64,000 bases of DNA from Bacillota bacterium (lineage in GTDB: Bacteria > Bacillota > Dehalobacteriia > UBA4068): assembly GCA_031553915.1 (NCBI GenBank), contig JAVBKT010000002.1:148109-212108 (forward strand). Direction: 5' to 3'. Positions 47,644-57,429 of this stretch are shown in pieces. Both the position numbers and the translations under genes were made by a program. Position 1 is the stretch's first letter. Every line of letters begins with the position of its first letter. The notes below the pieces were generated by a model, which was given only the letters and a program-made list of their open reading frames with translations, was not told the DNA's origin and did not search any database.

Positions 47644-49275
47644 TTATTTAGATGTTTGCTGAGCGACAATTGCCACTGCGTTATATTTTTCCCGCAGCTT
47701 GGGTTTTTCGATTTTACCGGTTGGGTTGCGTGGAACTTGGTCAAAAACAATTTCCCGCGGGCGTTTATAGCGGGGCAAAGCAGTGCAAAATTCTTCGATT
47801 TCAGCAATGCTGCAATCTGCGCCATCCTTCAATTCGATAATCGCCATCGTGATTTCACCCAGGCGTTTATCTGCCTTACCAATAACCGCTACGTCTTTAA
47901 TTTTATTATTAGTACGCAGAAAATCCTCAATTTGCACCGGATAAATATTCTCGCCGCCAGTGATAATGACGTCTTTTTTGCGGTCAACCAAAAAGATAAA
48001 ACCATCTTCATCAACCATCGCCATATCACCGGTGCGCAACCAGCCGTCGCACAAAACAGCGGCAGTCGCTTCCGGGTCTTTGTAATAGCAGGTCATCAGG
48101 CCCGGGCCTTTGACAATCAGCTCACCGACCTGTCCCTGCGGCACATCTGCAAACGCTGTGTCTACCACGCGCGCCTGCCAGCCATAGCCGGCAACGCCGA
48201 TGGCGCCGACCTTATGGATATTTTCCACGCCCAAATGCACGCAGCCAGGGCCAATGGATTCGCTCAGGCCATAGTTGGTATCATATTGATGCTGCGGGAA
48301 ATGCTCTTTCCAGCGGCGGATCAGGCTGGGCGGCACCGGCTGCGCGCCAATATGCATCAGGCGCCAATGCGAAAGATCATACTCTTCCAGCTTCACTTCT
48401 CCGCTGTCGATAGCGTCCAGAATATCCTGCGCCCAGGGAACCAGCAGCCAGACAATTGAGCACTGCTCCAGGGAAACTGTCTCCAAAATCCACTTGGGGC
48501 TGACGCCGCGCAAGAGTACCGATTTGCAGCCCACCAACAGGCTGCCGAACCAATGCATTTTGGCGCCGGTATGATATAGCGGCGGGATGCAGAGGAAACA
48601 GTCCTCTTTTGTTTGCCCGTGATGCTTCTGTTCGCACAAAACAGCATGCATCAGGCTTTGATGATTATGCAAAATCGCCTTGGGAAAACCGGTGGTGCCG
48701 GAAGAAAAATAGATCGCGGCATCATCTTCATCCGTTAAGGTAATGTTCGGTTTTTTGCTGCGGCAATATGAGATATATTCATAGTAGCTCAAAGCATATT
48801 CCGGGCAGGTAGCGCCCACATAGAATATCTTCTTAATACCCGGGATCTTATCCTTGATGCAGCTAATCCGCTGCTCAAACTCCGGCCCAAAGATCAGCAT
48901 ACTGGCATCAGAAAGATCCAAACAATAATCAATTTCATCTGCGGAATAACGATAGTTCAGCGGCACTGCCAGCGCCCCTGTTTTCAAAATGCCAAAATAA
49001 ATCGGCAGCCATTCCAAACAGTTCATCAGCAAAATTGCAACCTTGTCACCCTTTTTCACTCCCTGCGATAGCAGGAGATTAGCAAAACGGTTGGCGCGGC
49101 AATCAAAATCCTCCCAGCTGATTTCGCGGCGATAGGGGTTTTCATCCTCTGTTTCTACCAGAGCGTATTCCTTCCATATTTCGTCTTGCGGACGCTGTTC
49201 CGGGTTGATTTCCACCAAAGCCACATCTTCCGCGAAAAGCTCGCTGTTCTTCTCCAAAAATTCTGTAATCGGCAT
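47644..49275 (-). CDS. AMP-dependent synthetase/ligase (acyl- or aryl-CoA ligase-like), regulated by a T-box
   Basis: 543 aa from MPITEFLEK. AMP-binding motif SSGTTGFPKAI and C-terminal TGDMAMVDEDGFIFLVDRKKDVIITGGENIYP. Start is the ATG at 49273-49275, 7 nt after AAAGGAG. Confidence 0.85.
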   Translation of the reverse strand: MPITEFLEKNSELFAEDVALVEINPEQRPQDEIWKEYALVETEDENPYRREISWEDFDCRANRFANLLLSQGVKKGDKVAILLMNCLEWLPIYFGILKTGALAVPLNYRYSADEIDYCLDLSDASMLIFGPEFEQRISCIKDKIPGIKKIFYVGATCPEYALSYYEYISYCRSKKPNITLTDEDDAAIYFSSGTTGFPKAILHNHQSLMHAVLCEQKHHGQTKEDCFLCIPPLYHTGAKMHWFGSLLVGCKSVLLRGVSPKWILETVSLEQCSIVWLLVPWAQDILDAIDSGEVKLEEYDLSHWRLMHIGAQPVPPSLIRRWKEHFPQHQYDTNYGLSESIGPGCVHLGVENIHKVGAIGVAGYGWQARVVDTAFADVPQGQVGELIVKGPGLMTCYYKDPEATAAVLCDGWLRTGDMAMVDEDGFIFLVDRKKDVIITGGENIYPVQIEDFLRTNNKIKDVAVIGKADKRLGEITMAIIELKDGADCSIAEIEEFCTALPRYKRPREIVFDQVPRNPTGKIEKPKLREKYNAVAIVAQQTSK

Positions 49276-49364
49276 TTCCATACTCCTTTCGATAACTACC
49301 ATTTTACCATCAGTTTTCCGTGCTACCGTGTCCGGCGGCAAACAGCCGGTGACTACTGCCGCTA

Positions 49365-49640
49365 TTTATAAACAAAAAAAACTCCCACCCCATCCAAGGG
49401 GCGAGAGACATCCCGCGGTACCACCCAAGGTTCACGATGAAGCTCATACCTCACCGCCTTAGCAAGTCAAAACCTTCTTGACTCATGCGTGATAACGGAC
49501 GCAACACGTCGCAGCCCACATTAAGCAGTGTTTGTTTGCTGCGCAGCTCCGAAGATGTATTCACCACTTGTTCCCATGCGCCTCTCAGCAGCCGGCAGCT
49601 CTCTGTCTGGTACCTCAAATGATTACTTGTTCTTCATCAT
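49365..49640 (-). promoter_or_regulatory. T-box riboswitch leader with a probable Tyr (UAC) specifier
   Basis: On the minus strand, Stem I opens with GGCGAUGAUGAAGAACAAGUA, which resembles the glyQS leader. The upper helix AUCAUUUG pairs with CAAGUGGU. The 3' side of the specifier loop is GAA-UAC-A, followed by UCUUC pairing with GAAGA. The conserved T-box sequence AACCUUGGGUGGUACCGCGGGA follows, then a terminator hairpin and U8. A candidate promoter TTGACA-17-TAGCAT lies around 49675-49703. Confidence 0.75.
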
Positions 49641-49763
49641 CGCCTTTTGATATGTTGATATAAGCCACTTCTGGCTCAGTTTGAATGCTATCATAACCTT
49701 TTTTGTTTGTCAAGCATCTGGGGCAAAATAAAACCCCCTTTCTACCTGGAGCATAGAAAACTT

Positions 49764-50564
49764 CTATTTGTACTGCTCAGTAAAAATTTCGTCATTGTAC
49801 CATTCGTCAAAACGTAGTGATTTAAACGGTTGGCGGATGCTGATTGCCTGATTCGGGCATTGATAAATACATCTCATGCATAAACCGCAGCGCCACTTAA
49901 AATGAACAGCTTTTCCCTTTTCTTCAATGTTGCAATTCGGGCAGTTCTTAACGCATTTGCAGCAGTGGCTGCAACCGCTATCGGCATAGAAAAACTTGCC
50001 TAAAAGAGGGGCGCCAAGCCATTCAGTTTTCCCAAGAATGCGCAGAAATCTGGCAGCAAAGCTTGTTTTCAGCTGATGCGCGGTAAGATGAGTTATTTCT
50101 TTGGCAATATCCGGGATATCCCTGTCAATTTTTCCTAATATCAGGCGTACCCTCGGTTCATCATATTTCACAATAAAATTAGACGGCATTTCCAAAAGCC
50201 GATTATAAAAAACCGCATACCCCTTATTGCCCAGCCGCTTAATAAGCGTATCAGAGGAAGCAAAATTAACTACGCTTTCTTCGCCCATGGTGCCGATAAT
50301 AAATGTATCTAGCCTACTTAAAACCGGCAGTTGCTTAACAAAATTCACCACAATTTTAGGCGCGTTAAAAGCGTGGACAGGGTAAGCTATTCCCAACAAG
50401 TCAAATTGGGATAAATCAAGCTGGCTTATTTGGGCGTTTTCTATGCTTAAACAATCTACCGTAAACTGGGCTTTTTCAAATTCATTAATCAGCCTATTAA
50501 CCACATATTTGGTCATCCCTGTTCCAGAGAAGAAGCATAAACAGATTTTTTTCATTACTGTCAC
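49764..50564 (-). CDS. EFR1-family ferredoxin (flavodoxin-like domain + 2x[4Fe-4S])
   Basis: 266 aa. N-terminal flavodoxin-like region (ICLCFFSGTGMTKYV) and a C-terminal region with CxxCxxCxxxCP clusters. Confidence 0.55.
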   Translation of the reverse strand: MTVMKKICLCFFSGTGMTKYVVNRLINEFEKAQFTVDCLSIENAQISQLDLSQFDLLGIAYPVHAFNAPKIVVNFVKQLPVLSRLDTFIIGTMGEESVVNFASSDTLIKRLGNKGYAVFYNRLLEMPSNFIVKYDEPRVRLILGKIDRDIPDIAKEITHLTAHQLKTSFAARFLRILGKTEWLGAPLLGKFFYADSGCSHCCKCVKNCPNCNIEEKGKAVHFKWRCGLCMRCIYQCPNQAISIRQPFKSLRFDEWYNDEIFTEQYK

Positions 50565-50609
50565 CTACAAACACAATATACGTCCCTTTTATTAAGTATA
50601 ATATTAATC

Positions 50610-50653
50610 CGCCAAATAAACAAGCAGAGGAGCACTAATCAATGCTCCTCTGC
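50610..50653 (-). terminator. rpsO terminator
   Basis: Minus-strand hairpin GCAGAGGAGCA-TTGATTAG-TGCTCCTCTGC followed by TTGTTTATTTGG. Confidence 0.55.
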
Positions 50654-50702
50654 TAAGCTTAACCTATTATACCACCCTCATAGCGAAGGGGCTTTGTCTA
50701 AA

Positions 50703-50966
50703 CTATCGGCGCAAGCCAAGGCTGGTAATGATATTGCGGTAGCGGTCGATGTCTTTTTTCTTCAGATAATTCAAAAGAGAACGACGGCGGCCAACCATTT
50801 TCAGCAAACCACGGCGGCTATGAAAGTCTTTTTTGTGAATCTTCAAATGCTCGGTAAGATGAGCAATCTGATGACTCAAAACAGCAATCTGGACTTCCGG
50901 AGAACCGGTATCGCCTTCGTGCACGGCATATTTTTCGATAATTTCTTTTTTAATAGCTGTATCCAT
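50703..50966 (-). CDS. rpsO: 30S ribosomal protein S15
   Basis: 87 aa. Highly conserved S15 sequence ([51 protein letters not shown]). Confidence 0.95.
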   Translation of the reverse strand: MDTAIKKEIIEKYAVHEGDTGSPEVQIAVLSHQIAHLTEHLKIHKKDFHSRRGLLKMVGRRRSLLNYLKKKDIDRYRNIITSLGLRR

Positions 50967-51072
50967 TGCTTTTCCTCCTTATCAAAAATTTAGTCTACTT
51001 GCCCCAAACCAAGATTGCGTTGGAGTTTCGCCAATCATAGTAAAGGGTGACAACAAAAGTTATTCTACCATA

Positions 51073-52896
51073 TCATATCCGCTTTGGCAAGTGTTTATTT
51101 GCCGCAACATGGGCCAAAAATTCCCGCGCCTTGACAGAGTCTTGCTTCATTTGCGCCTTTAATTGCTCAAAGTCTTTGAACTTTTGCTCCGGCCGCAAAT
51201 ATTGTCCCAGCCAAGTTCTGATCTTTTGACCATAAAGGTCAAGGTCAATGTCAAACAAATGCGCCTCGATCAGCGGCCTGGTAATGCCGCCAACTGTCGG
51301 CTTGACACCAAAATTAACCACACCGTCATAAGTTTGGCCATTATGCTCTATTTTGGCAGCATAAACGCCGTTTCGCGGCACTGCCTGATTTTGCTCCGGG
51401 TAAAAATTAGCTGTCGGATAGCCAAAGGTATGCCCGAGCTGATTGCCATAAACAACTTCTCCCTCCAGGGCAAACCAATAGCCAAGCATCTCATTGACCG
51501 CCGCTAAATCACCGGCCAGCAAATGCTTACGGATATTTGAGGAGCTGATGACGCCAAAAGCAGACTCAACCTCATCAACAATAGTCACATCAATATTATA
51601 CTCACCGCACAATTGGCGCAAAAGCGCAGCATCGCCTATGCCGCCTTCAGCAAAGGTAAAGTTGTAGCCGACAATCAGATGATTGGCTTTAAGCTTCTCG
51701 ACAATAATCTCCCGCACAAAGTTCTCAGGGCTAATATTCATCAGCTCCGGAGTAAACTCCATGGGCACGACCTTATCAATCGCAAAATAGTCTACCAGCA
51801 AAGAGAGCTTAAGCTTTTCTCCGGTCAAAAGCTGCGGCGCATCGCCTTTGATCAAAGTCAGAGGATGCGGATCAAAGGTCAAAATTTCACTTTTGCTGCC
51901 CAGGCTTTTCTTCATAGCAGCCAGCTGTTCGAAAAGAGCCCGGTGCCCTAAATGCAGCCCATCAAAATTGCCGATGGCAATAGCAATATCATCATAAGCG
52001 TCAATCAATACTTTTTCCATTTTGATCACTCTGTTTTCCGCCTTGTGGCTGATTCGTCCCATAGCCAGCAGGCGCTTATCCTCAGCCACCACCCGTACTG
52101 CGCTCGCGGGCGGCAAAGCTCCCTGATAAGGCAAATCATGTCCATGACTGATTGCTGAAATGCTTTTATCGCTGACCGTGACTGCCGGGATAAAATCGAT
52201 TACTTCATTTACCGGCAAGATAAAGCTCATATCTCCCTCAGCTATAAGCTGCTGGATTTGCTCCAGAGTATAACTGTCGGCAATGGCAAAATCCCCTGTT
52301 TTGCTGCGCTGCAAGGCGCAGAGATGTGCCGGTAAACCAAGGGCCTGCCCAATATCAAAGGCCAAAGAGCGAATATAGGTCCCTGTGCCGCAATCAATTT
52401 CGATATCTGCATAGGCCAACTCCCCGGGAGAAAAGCATTGCAAACGGATAGCATATATCTCCACTCTTCTCGGGGCCAAATCAAGCTGTTCGCCTTGGCG
52501 GGCCAGCTTATACAGGGGGATGCCCCCCTTTTTTATCGCCGAAACCATCGGCGGAATCTGCTCGATCTCACCGCAAAAAGCAGGCAAAATCTCTATCAAT
52601 TTGGCCTCTGTAAGAGAGCTGGCATCAGCTTGGGCGAGAATCTCCCCGGCCGCATCATAAGTGCTGGTGGCAATGCCAAAGCAAATTCTGCCGGCATACG
52701 TTTTTGTCTGCCCCATGACCAAGGTGCTCAAGCGGGTGGCTTTGCCCAGGCAGATGGGCAAAACTCCGGTAGCGTCAGGATCGAGCGTACCGCAATGGCC
52801 GGCCTTAACATGCAAAAGCCGCTTGATAGCGGCTACGGCAGTTTGCGAGGTTATTCCCTGCCCTTTATTAAGGTTAATGAATCCATCAAAACTCAT
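51073..52896 (-). CDS. In-frame fusion of tRNA pseudouridine(55) synthase TruB with bifunctional riboflavin kinase/FMN adenylyltransferase RibF
   Basis: One 607 aa ORF. Residues ~1-295 are TruB (GHCGTLDPDATGVLPICLGKATRL, ending in the ...RVIKMEKVL C-terminal motif). The frame then continues without a stop into RibF (AIGNFDGLHLGHRALF FAD-synthetase region, then the riboflavin kinase C-domain). The junction is at about 52011-52020. Confidence 0.8.
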   Translation of the reverse strand: MSFDGFINLNKGQGITSQTAVAAIKRLLHVKAGHCGTLDPDATGVLPICLGKATRLSTLVMGQTKTYAGRICFGIATSTYDAAGEILAQADASSLTEAKLIEILPAFCGEIEQIPPMVSAIKKGGIPLYKLARQGEQLDLAPRRVEIYAIRLQCFSPGELAYADIEIDCGTGTYIRSLAFDIGQALGLPAHLCALQRSKTGDFAIADSYTLEQIQQLIAEGDMSFILPVNEVIDFIPAVTVSDKSISAISHGHDLPYQGALPPASAVRVVAEDKRLLAMGRISHKAENRVIKMEKVLIDAYDDIAIAIGNFDGLHLGHRALFEQLAAMKKSLGSKSEILTFDPHPLTLIKGDAPQLLTGEKLKLSLLVDYFAIDKVVPMEFTPELMNISPENFVREIIVEKLKANHLIVGYNFTFAEGGIGDAALLRQLCGEYNIDVTIVDEVESAFGVISSSNIRKHLLAGDLAAVNEMLGYWFALEGEVVYGNQLGHTFGYPTANFYPEQNQAVPRNGVYAAKIEHNGQTYDGVVNFGVKPTVGGITRPLIEAHLFDIDLDLYGQKIRTWLGQYLRPEQKFKDFEQLKAQMKQDSVKAREFLAHVAANKHLPKRI

Positions 52897-53855
52897 TGAT
52901 TAATCATTTCCTTTGCCGCATCCAGTACTTTTGTCAGCGCCACAGGCAGCGGCTCATATATCCGCACTCCGGAGGCTAATTCATGACCGCCGCCGCCCAG
53001 AGACCGCGCCAGTGCATTGGCGCTGGTGCCGCGGCGTGAGCGCAGGCTCACTTTGACCAAATCATCCTGCTCCTCAAACAAAATACCCAGCTGCACGCCT
53101 TGCGGGTACAGCGTATAGTTGACCACACCGTTAACATCTTCTCTGCTCGCGCCCAGGTTTTCCATTGTTTGCCGGTCAAAAACAACATAGCAAATTTTAC
53201 CATCCTCAAGCAGTGTCATATTATTGCAGCAATGGCCCTTCAAGCGCAAATTAGCCATAGTGCTTTGCTCAAAGACCTGCATGGTGATGGTCTCAAGATC
53301 AACCAAAGGCAGCATCCTGGCTGCCTGCGACAAGGCTCTGCTGGTGGTATTAGGGAAACGAAAGCCGCCGGTATCAGCCACCATGCCGGTATAAAGACAA
53401 GTTGCGGCGTCGCTAGATAGCTCAATACCCGCCTGCTCAATGATAGCGCCGATAATCTCAGTAGTGGCGCAGGCCTGCTGCTCGAGAATAATATGTTCGC
53501 CATCAAAATGATCGCCCAAGTGATGATCAACACAAAAGACCCGCTTGCCGGGCAAATAAGGCTCCAGCCAAAAACCGGTTCGGTGCAGGCCACGGCAATC
53601 AAGAATCAAAACAGCCTGCACATCGATTGAGATTTGCTCCGGGCGAACCATTTGCTCAATCCCGGGTAAAAAGGTCAAATTCAGCGGCGGGGCATCCGGC
53701 CCAACCAGCTGCCAATTTTTGCTTGCCCCGTCAAAAGCGTGGTAAACCGCGAACATGGAGCCAAGACAATCGCCGTCCGGCTGTTCGTGGCCGCAGATTA
53801 AAAGGTTTTTCTGCGTTGTTAGAAACTCTATCATTTTTTGATAGTCAGGGTTCAT
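52893..53855 (-). CDS. nrnA: Bifunctional oligoribonuclease / pAp phosphatase NrnA (DHH-DHHA1)
   Basis: 320 aa. DHH motifs (ICGHEQPDGDCLGS, VFCVDHH) and DHHA1 GGGH. Confidence 0.85.
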   Translation of the reverse strand: MNPDYQKMIEFLTTQKNLLICGHEQPDGDCLGSMFAVYHAFDGASKNWQLVGPDAPPLNLTFLPGIEQMVRPEQISIDVQAVLILDCRGLHRTGFWLEPYLPGKRVFCVDHHLGDHFDGEHIILEQQACATTEIIGAIIEQAGIELSSDAATCLYTGMVADTGGFRFPNTTSRALSQAARMLPLVDLETITMQVFEQSTMANLRLKGHCCNNMTLLEDGKICYVVFDRQTMENLGASREDVNGVVNYTLYPQGVQLGILFEEQDDLVKVSLRSRRGTSANALARSLGGGGHELASGVRIYEPLPVALTKVLDAAKEMINQ

Positions 53856-53864
53856 ACGGATGCC

Positions 53865-54263
53865 TTACTTTCTATAAACATCTTCATCAAAAGGACTCCT
53901 GTTGGCCGCCGCTTTTTGATCCTGGTCAATCTGCTTATTCACCTTGCTGATCATGTTCACGCCATAAGCGATCGATTGATCGACATGAAAATATAGCTCG
54001 GGGATAATGCGTGTTTTCAGGCGTTTGCCCAGTTCACGGCGGACATATCCCTTCGCGCTTTCCAGGGCTTTAGCCACCCCTACTTGATCAGCATCCGCCA
54101 AAAGGGGGCTGACATAGATATGCGCGGAACAACCGTCCGGCGCAATATTGATCGCCACAACGGAAACCATGCCCAGACGTGGGTCTTTGATTTCTCTGTC
54201 CAAGATGGCGGCCAGCTCTTTTTTCAGCTCTCCCGCCAGTCTTTGCACTCGATAATTTGCCAT
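53865..54263 (-). CDS. rbfA: Ribosome-binding factor A
   Basis: 132 aa. KH-like RbfA fold. Positioned between infB and nrnA. Confidence 0.9.
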   Translation of the reverse strand: MANYRVQRLAGELKKELAAILDREIKDPRLGMVSVVAINIAPDGCSAHIYVSPLLADADQVGVAKALESAKGYVRRELGKRLKTRIIPELYFHVDQSIAYGVNMISKVNKQIDQDQKAAANRSPFDEDVYRK

Positions 54264-54279
54264 AACAACCTCTGTCTAT

Positions 54280-57078
54280 TTATAACTCTCTGGCGATTTC
54301 TTCTTTCTCATAAACTTCTAATTCATCGCCTTCTTTAATATCGTGAAAACTCTCCAGACTGATACCGCATTCATAGCCCTGGAGAACCTCCTTGGCATCA
54401 TCCTTGAAGCGGCGCAAGCTCGACACCTGATCATCAGCAATAACAACGCCGTCGCGAATAACCCGCACCAAAGCATTACGCACCACCTTGCCATTGGTCA
54501 CATAAGAGCCGGCTACCATGCCGATTTTCGGAACCTTGATCACCTGTCTGATCTCCACATGGCCGATAATATTCTCTTTTACCTCAGGGGCTAAGAGGCC
54601 GCCCATCGCTTTTTTAATATCTTCTATCGCGTCATAGATAACGCGGTAAAGCCTGAGATCAACATCAGCGAGCTCAGCAGCGGCACGCGCAGCCGGCGGC
54701 GCAATAATATTAAAGCCGATAATAATAGCATTGGAGGCTGAGGCCAGCATAACGTCGCTCTCTGACACTGCGCCAACTCCTGAATGAATAATATTAACCT
54801 TAACTTCATCAGTGTTCAGCTTGAGTAGGCTGCTGATCAAGGCCTCACTGGAACCCTGAACATCAGTTTTGACCACCAGGTTCAGCTCTTTAATCTCGCC
54901 TTCGGCAATCTGTTCAAAAAGATTATCCAGGCTGATTTTAGCGGCCTTATGCAATTCTTCCTCGCGTTTTTTGATCCCTTGCTTGGCAGCGACCATGCGC
55001 GCGTCTTTTTCATCTTTGACCGTAACAAATATTTCCCCGGCCGGCGGAACTTCCGAGAAACCTAAAACCTCTACCGGCATAGATGGGGTGGCCTTTTTAA
55101 CCTTGCGGCCTTTGTTATCATGCATGGCGCGCACCTTGCCAAAAACAGCTCCGGCCAAAATATTATCACCGGCGTGCAGCGTACCCTTTTGTACCAATAA
55201 GGTTGCCACCGGGCCGCGGTTCTTATCCAGCTTGGCCTCGATAACCGCGCCGCGGGCCTGACGGTCATAATTTGCCTTCAGTTCCGCCACTTCCGCCACC
55301 AGCAGCACCATTTCCAGCAGGCCGTCCAGGTTCAGCCTGGCCTTGGCGGAAACCTCAACCATAATTGTCTCGCCGCCCCATTCTTCTGTCAAAAGGCCAT
55401 GTTCAGTCAATTCCTGCTTAACCCGGCTGGAGTCAGCAGCCGGCTTATCAATCTTGTTGATCGCGATAATAATCGGCACACCAGCTGCCTTGGAATGGTT
55501 GATCGCCTCAATTGTTTGCGGCATCACGCCATCGTCAGCGGCAACGACGATGATGGCAATATCCGTCATATTGGCGCCGCGGGCGCGCATCGCAGTAAAA
55601 GCCTCATGGCCGGGCGTATCAAGGAAGGTGATTTTCTTGCCATTGATTTCCACCTGATAAGCGCCGATATGCTGGGTAATGCCGCCAGCCTCGCCGGAGA
55701 CAACATTAGCGTCACGGATAGCATCAAGCAAAGATGTTTTACCATGATCAACATGACCCATGATCGTGACCACTGGAGGACGGTCCCTCATATCACTTTC
55801 ATTGTCAATAATATCTTCCATGATTTCAGCGGCACGGTCTGCTTTGACCTCGACAGTCACACTAAATTCATCAGCCAAAAGAATAGCTGTTTCAGCGTCA
55901 AGCTCTTGGTTAATGGTGGCCATAATACCCATATTAAACAGCCTTTTGATCACTTCTCCGGCTGTTTTGCCCATGGTTTTAGCCAGTTCGCCCAGTACAA
56001 CTGTTTCGCCAATGGTAATTTTCTTTGGCGTGACCGGCGGCATCACAGCTTTCATATCGCGCTTATTATTTTTGCCGCCTTTATAGGATTTGCCTTTGCC
56101 ATACTTATTAGAGCGGTTATAATTTCCTTCTTCGCGCTCGTAAACCAAGTCTTTAACGAAAACTTTTTTGTTTTTATTGCCAGGAGGGGTTGTTCTCTTA
56201 TTTTCCGGAGTAAACCCGGTTCCGCCTTCTGTAGCTGGTTTCTTGCCCTTAGCCACTTTGGATCTATCATCCTGACTATGACCTCTATCACCTTGGGCTT
56301 TGTCATCAAAAGGCTTGCCACCCTGCTGCGGCCTATTGCCTTGTGGGGGTCTATTGCCTTGCTGAGGTCTGTCGCCCTGAGGCCGATTGCCCTGCTGAGG
56401 CCTATTACCCTGTTGTGGTCTATTGCCTTGTTGGGGTCTATTGCCCTGCTGAGGTCTGTCGCCCTGGGGCTTATCTCTAAATTTGCTTTTATCCTCTGCC
56501 GGTTTTTGCGCTTCCGGCGTTTTTTGTGGAGACCGCGTCTCTTTGGCCGCTTGTTCCGCTTTTGGCTGCGCAGCTGCAGAGGGTTGACCAGTAGCTGGCT
56601 CTTCCGCAGCCTTTGCCGCAGTTTTTGTGTTGTCGTGAGGAATTTGGGGTTGGCTTTCTCCGGCGGGCGCAACAGGCTGCTTCGGCTCAGCTATTTCTGT
56701 AGCCGGCTGCTCTTTTTGTTGCGGCTGCTCTTGCTCGGGCGCGGCCTCTTTGGGCGCCTGATCTTTTTTAGCTGCATCCGTCACCGCAGCGGCTTCAATA
56801 GCCGGCAGCTCTTCTGTTGATTGAGCTTCCTGCTCTTTTTCCACTACTGCTTTGGGAATACGCTTCACCTTTGGCACAAAAGAATCACCAGCAGCAGCGC
56901 CGCCCATTGCTGAGGCTGGAAGAGAATTGCGCAGCAGATCAGCATCTTTTTCGCTGATCGAGCTCATATGAGTTTTTGCTTCTATCCCCATTTTATTGAG
57001 CTTGCGGATAATCTCCTTGCTCTCAACAGATAATTCTTTTGCCAATTCATAAATTTTAATTTTTGCCAAACCCACCAC
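54280..57078 (-). CDS. infB: Translation initiation factor IF-2, with a repetitive Gln/Gly/Asn/Arg/Pro-rich N-terminal region
   Basis: 932 aa. G-domain ([14 protein letters not shown]) plus C-terminal domains. The N-terminal region has (QQGNRP)n repeats. Confidence 0.95.
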   Translation of the reverse strand: MVGLAKIKIYELAKELSVESKEIIRKLNKMGIEAKTHMSSISEKDADLLRNSLPASAMGGAAAGDSFVPKVKRIPKAVVEKEQEAQSTEELPAIEAAAVTDAAKKDQAPKEAAPEQEQPQQKEQPATEIAEPKQPVAPAGESQPQIPHDNTKTAAKAAEEPATGQPSAAAQPKAEQAAKETRSPQKTPEAQKPAEDKSKFRDKPQGDRPQQGNRPQQGNRPQQGNRPQQGNRPQGDRPQQGNRPPQGNRPQQGGKPFDDKAQGDRGHSQDDRSKVAKGKKPATEGGTGFTPENKRTTPPGNKNKKVFVKDLVYEREEGNYNRSNKYGKGKSYKGGKNNKRDMKAVMPPVTPKKITIGETVVLGELAKTMGKTAGEVIKRLFNMGIMATINQELDAETAILLADEFSVTVEVKADRAAEIMEDIIDNESDMRDRPPVVTIMGHVDHGKTSLLDAIRDANVVSGEAGGITQHIGAYQVEINGKKITFLDTPGHEAFTAMRARGANMTDIAIIVVAADDGVMPQTIEAINHSKAAGVPIIIAINKIDKPAADSSRVKQELTEHGLLTEEWGGETIMVEVSAKARLNLDGLLEMVLLVAEVAELKANYDRQARGAVIEAKLDKNRGPVATLLVQKGTLHAGDNILAGAVFGKVRAMHDNKGRKVKKATPSMPVEVLGFSEVPPAGEIFVTVKDEKDARMVAAKQGIKKREEELHKAAKISLDNLFEQIAEGEIKELNLVVKTDVQGSSEALISSLLKLNTDEVKVNIIHSGVGAVSESDVMLASASNAIIIGFNIIAPPAARAAAELADVDLRLYRVIYDAIEDIKKAMGGLLAPEVKENIIGHVEIRQVIKVPKIGMVAGSYVTNGKVVRNALVRVIRDGVVIADDQVSSLRRFKDDAKEVLQGYECGISLESFHDIKEGDELEVYEKEEIAREL
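56280..56470. repeat. Tandem ~15-18 bp imperfect repeats encoding (P)QQGNRP units inside infB
   Basis: Repeated CCTATTGCCTTG / CTGAGGTCTGTCGCCCTG-like units are visible in the DNA. The protein shows [44 protein letters not shown]. Confidence 0.6.
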
Positions 57079-57102
57079 TCCTTACAGTTCAGATAAAATA
57101 TT

Positions 57103-57429
57103 TCATATTTCTTCTCTGACTTTTTTAATAGCCTGCGCAAAGCCTGTATCAAGAACAGCTACTGCTCCACGCCTGCTTTTACCGACAATGAGACCTAAAT
57201 CAATTTTGTTTGGCCATTGAAGAATAGTTATGCCTTGTTCCTCTGCGGCAAAGCTCAATTCCTCTTTCAGCTTAACAGCTATATCATCAGCCAATACCAG
57301 CAACTCTACTTTGTTTCTCTTTAAAGCCTCTTTCACCATATTGTCGCCGGCAGCAATCTTTCCTGCTTTTTGGGCTATGCCCAGATAACCGGCAATTCTT
57401 GAGCTTTGCTGCTTAGTCAGATCGTCCAC
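57103..57429 (-). CDS. ylxQ: L7Ae-family ribosomal-protein-like YlxQ
   Basis: 108 aa L7Ae/L30e fold, between ylxR and infB. Confidence 0.8.
   Translation of the reverse strand: MDDLTKQQSSRIAGYLGIAQKAGKIAAGDNMVKEALKRNKVELLVLADDIAVKLKEELSFAAEEQGITILQWPNKIDLGLIVGKSRRGAVAVLDTGFAQAIKKVREEI

Noticed and set aside
55399-56820. 473 aa plus-strand ORF antisense to infB
   Set aside because: Its repetitive Leu/Arg-rich translation mirrors the infB repeat region. infB on the minus strand is unambiguous.
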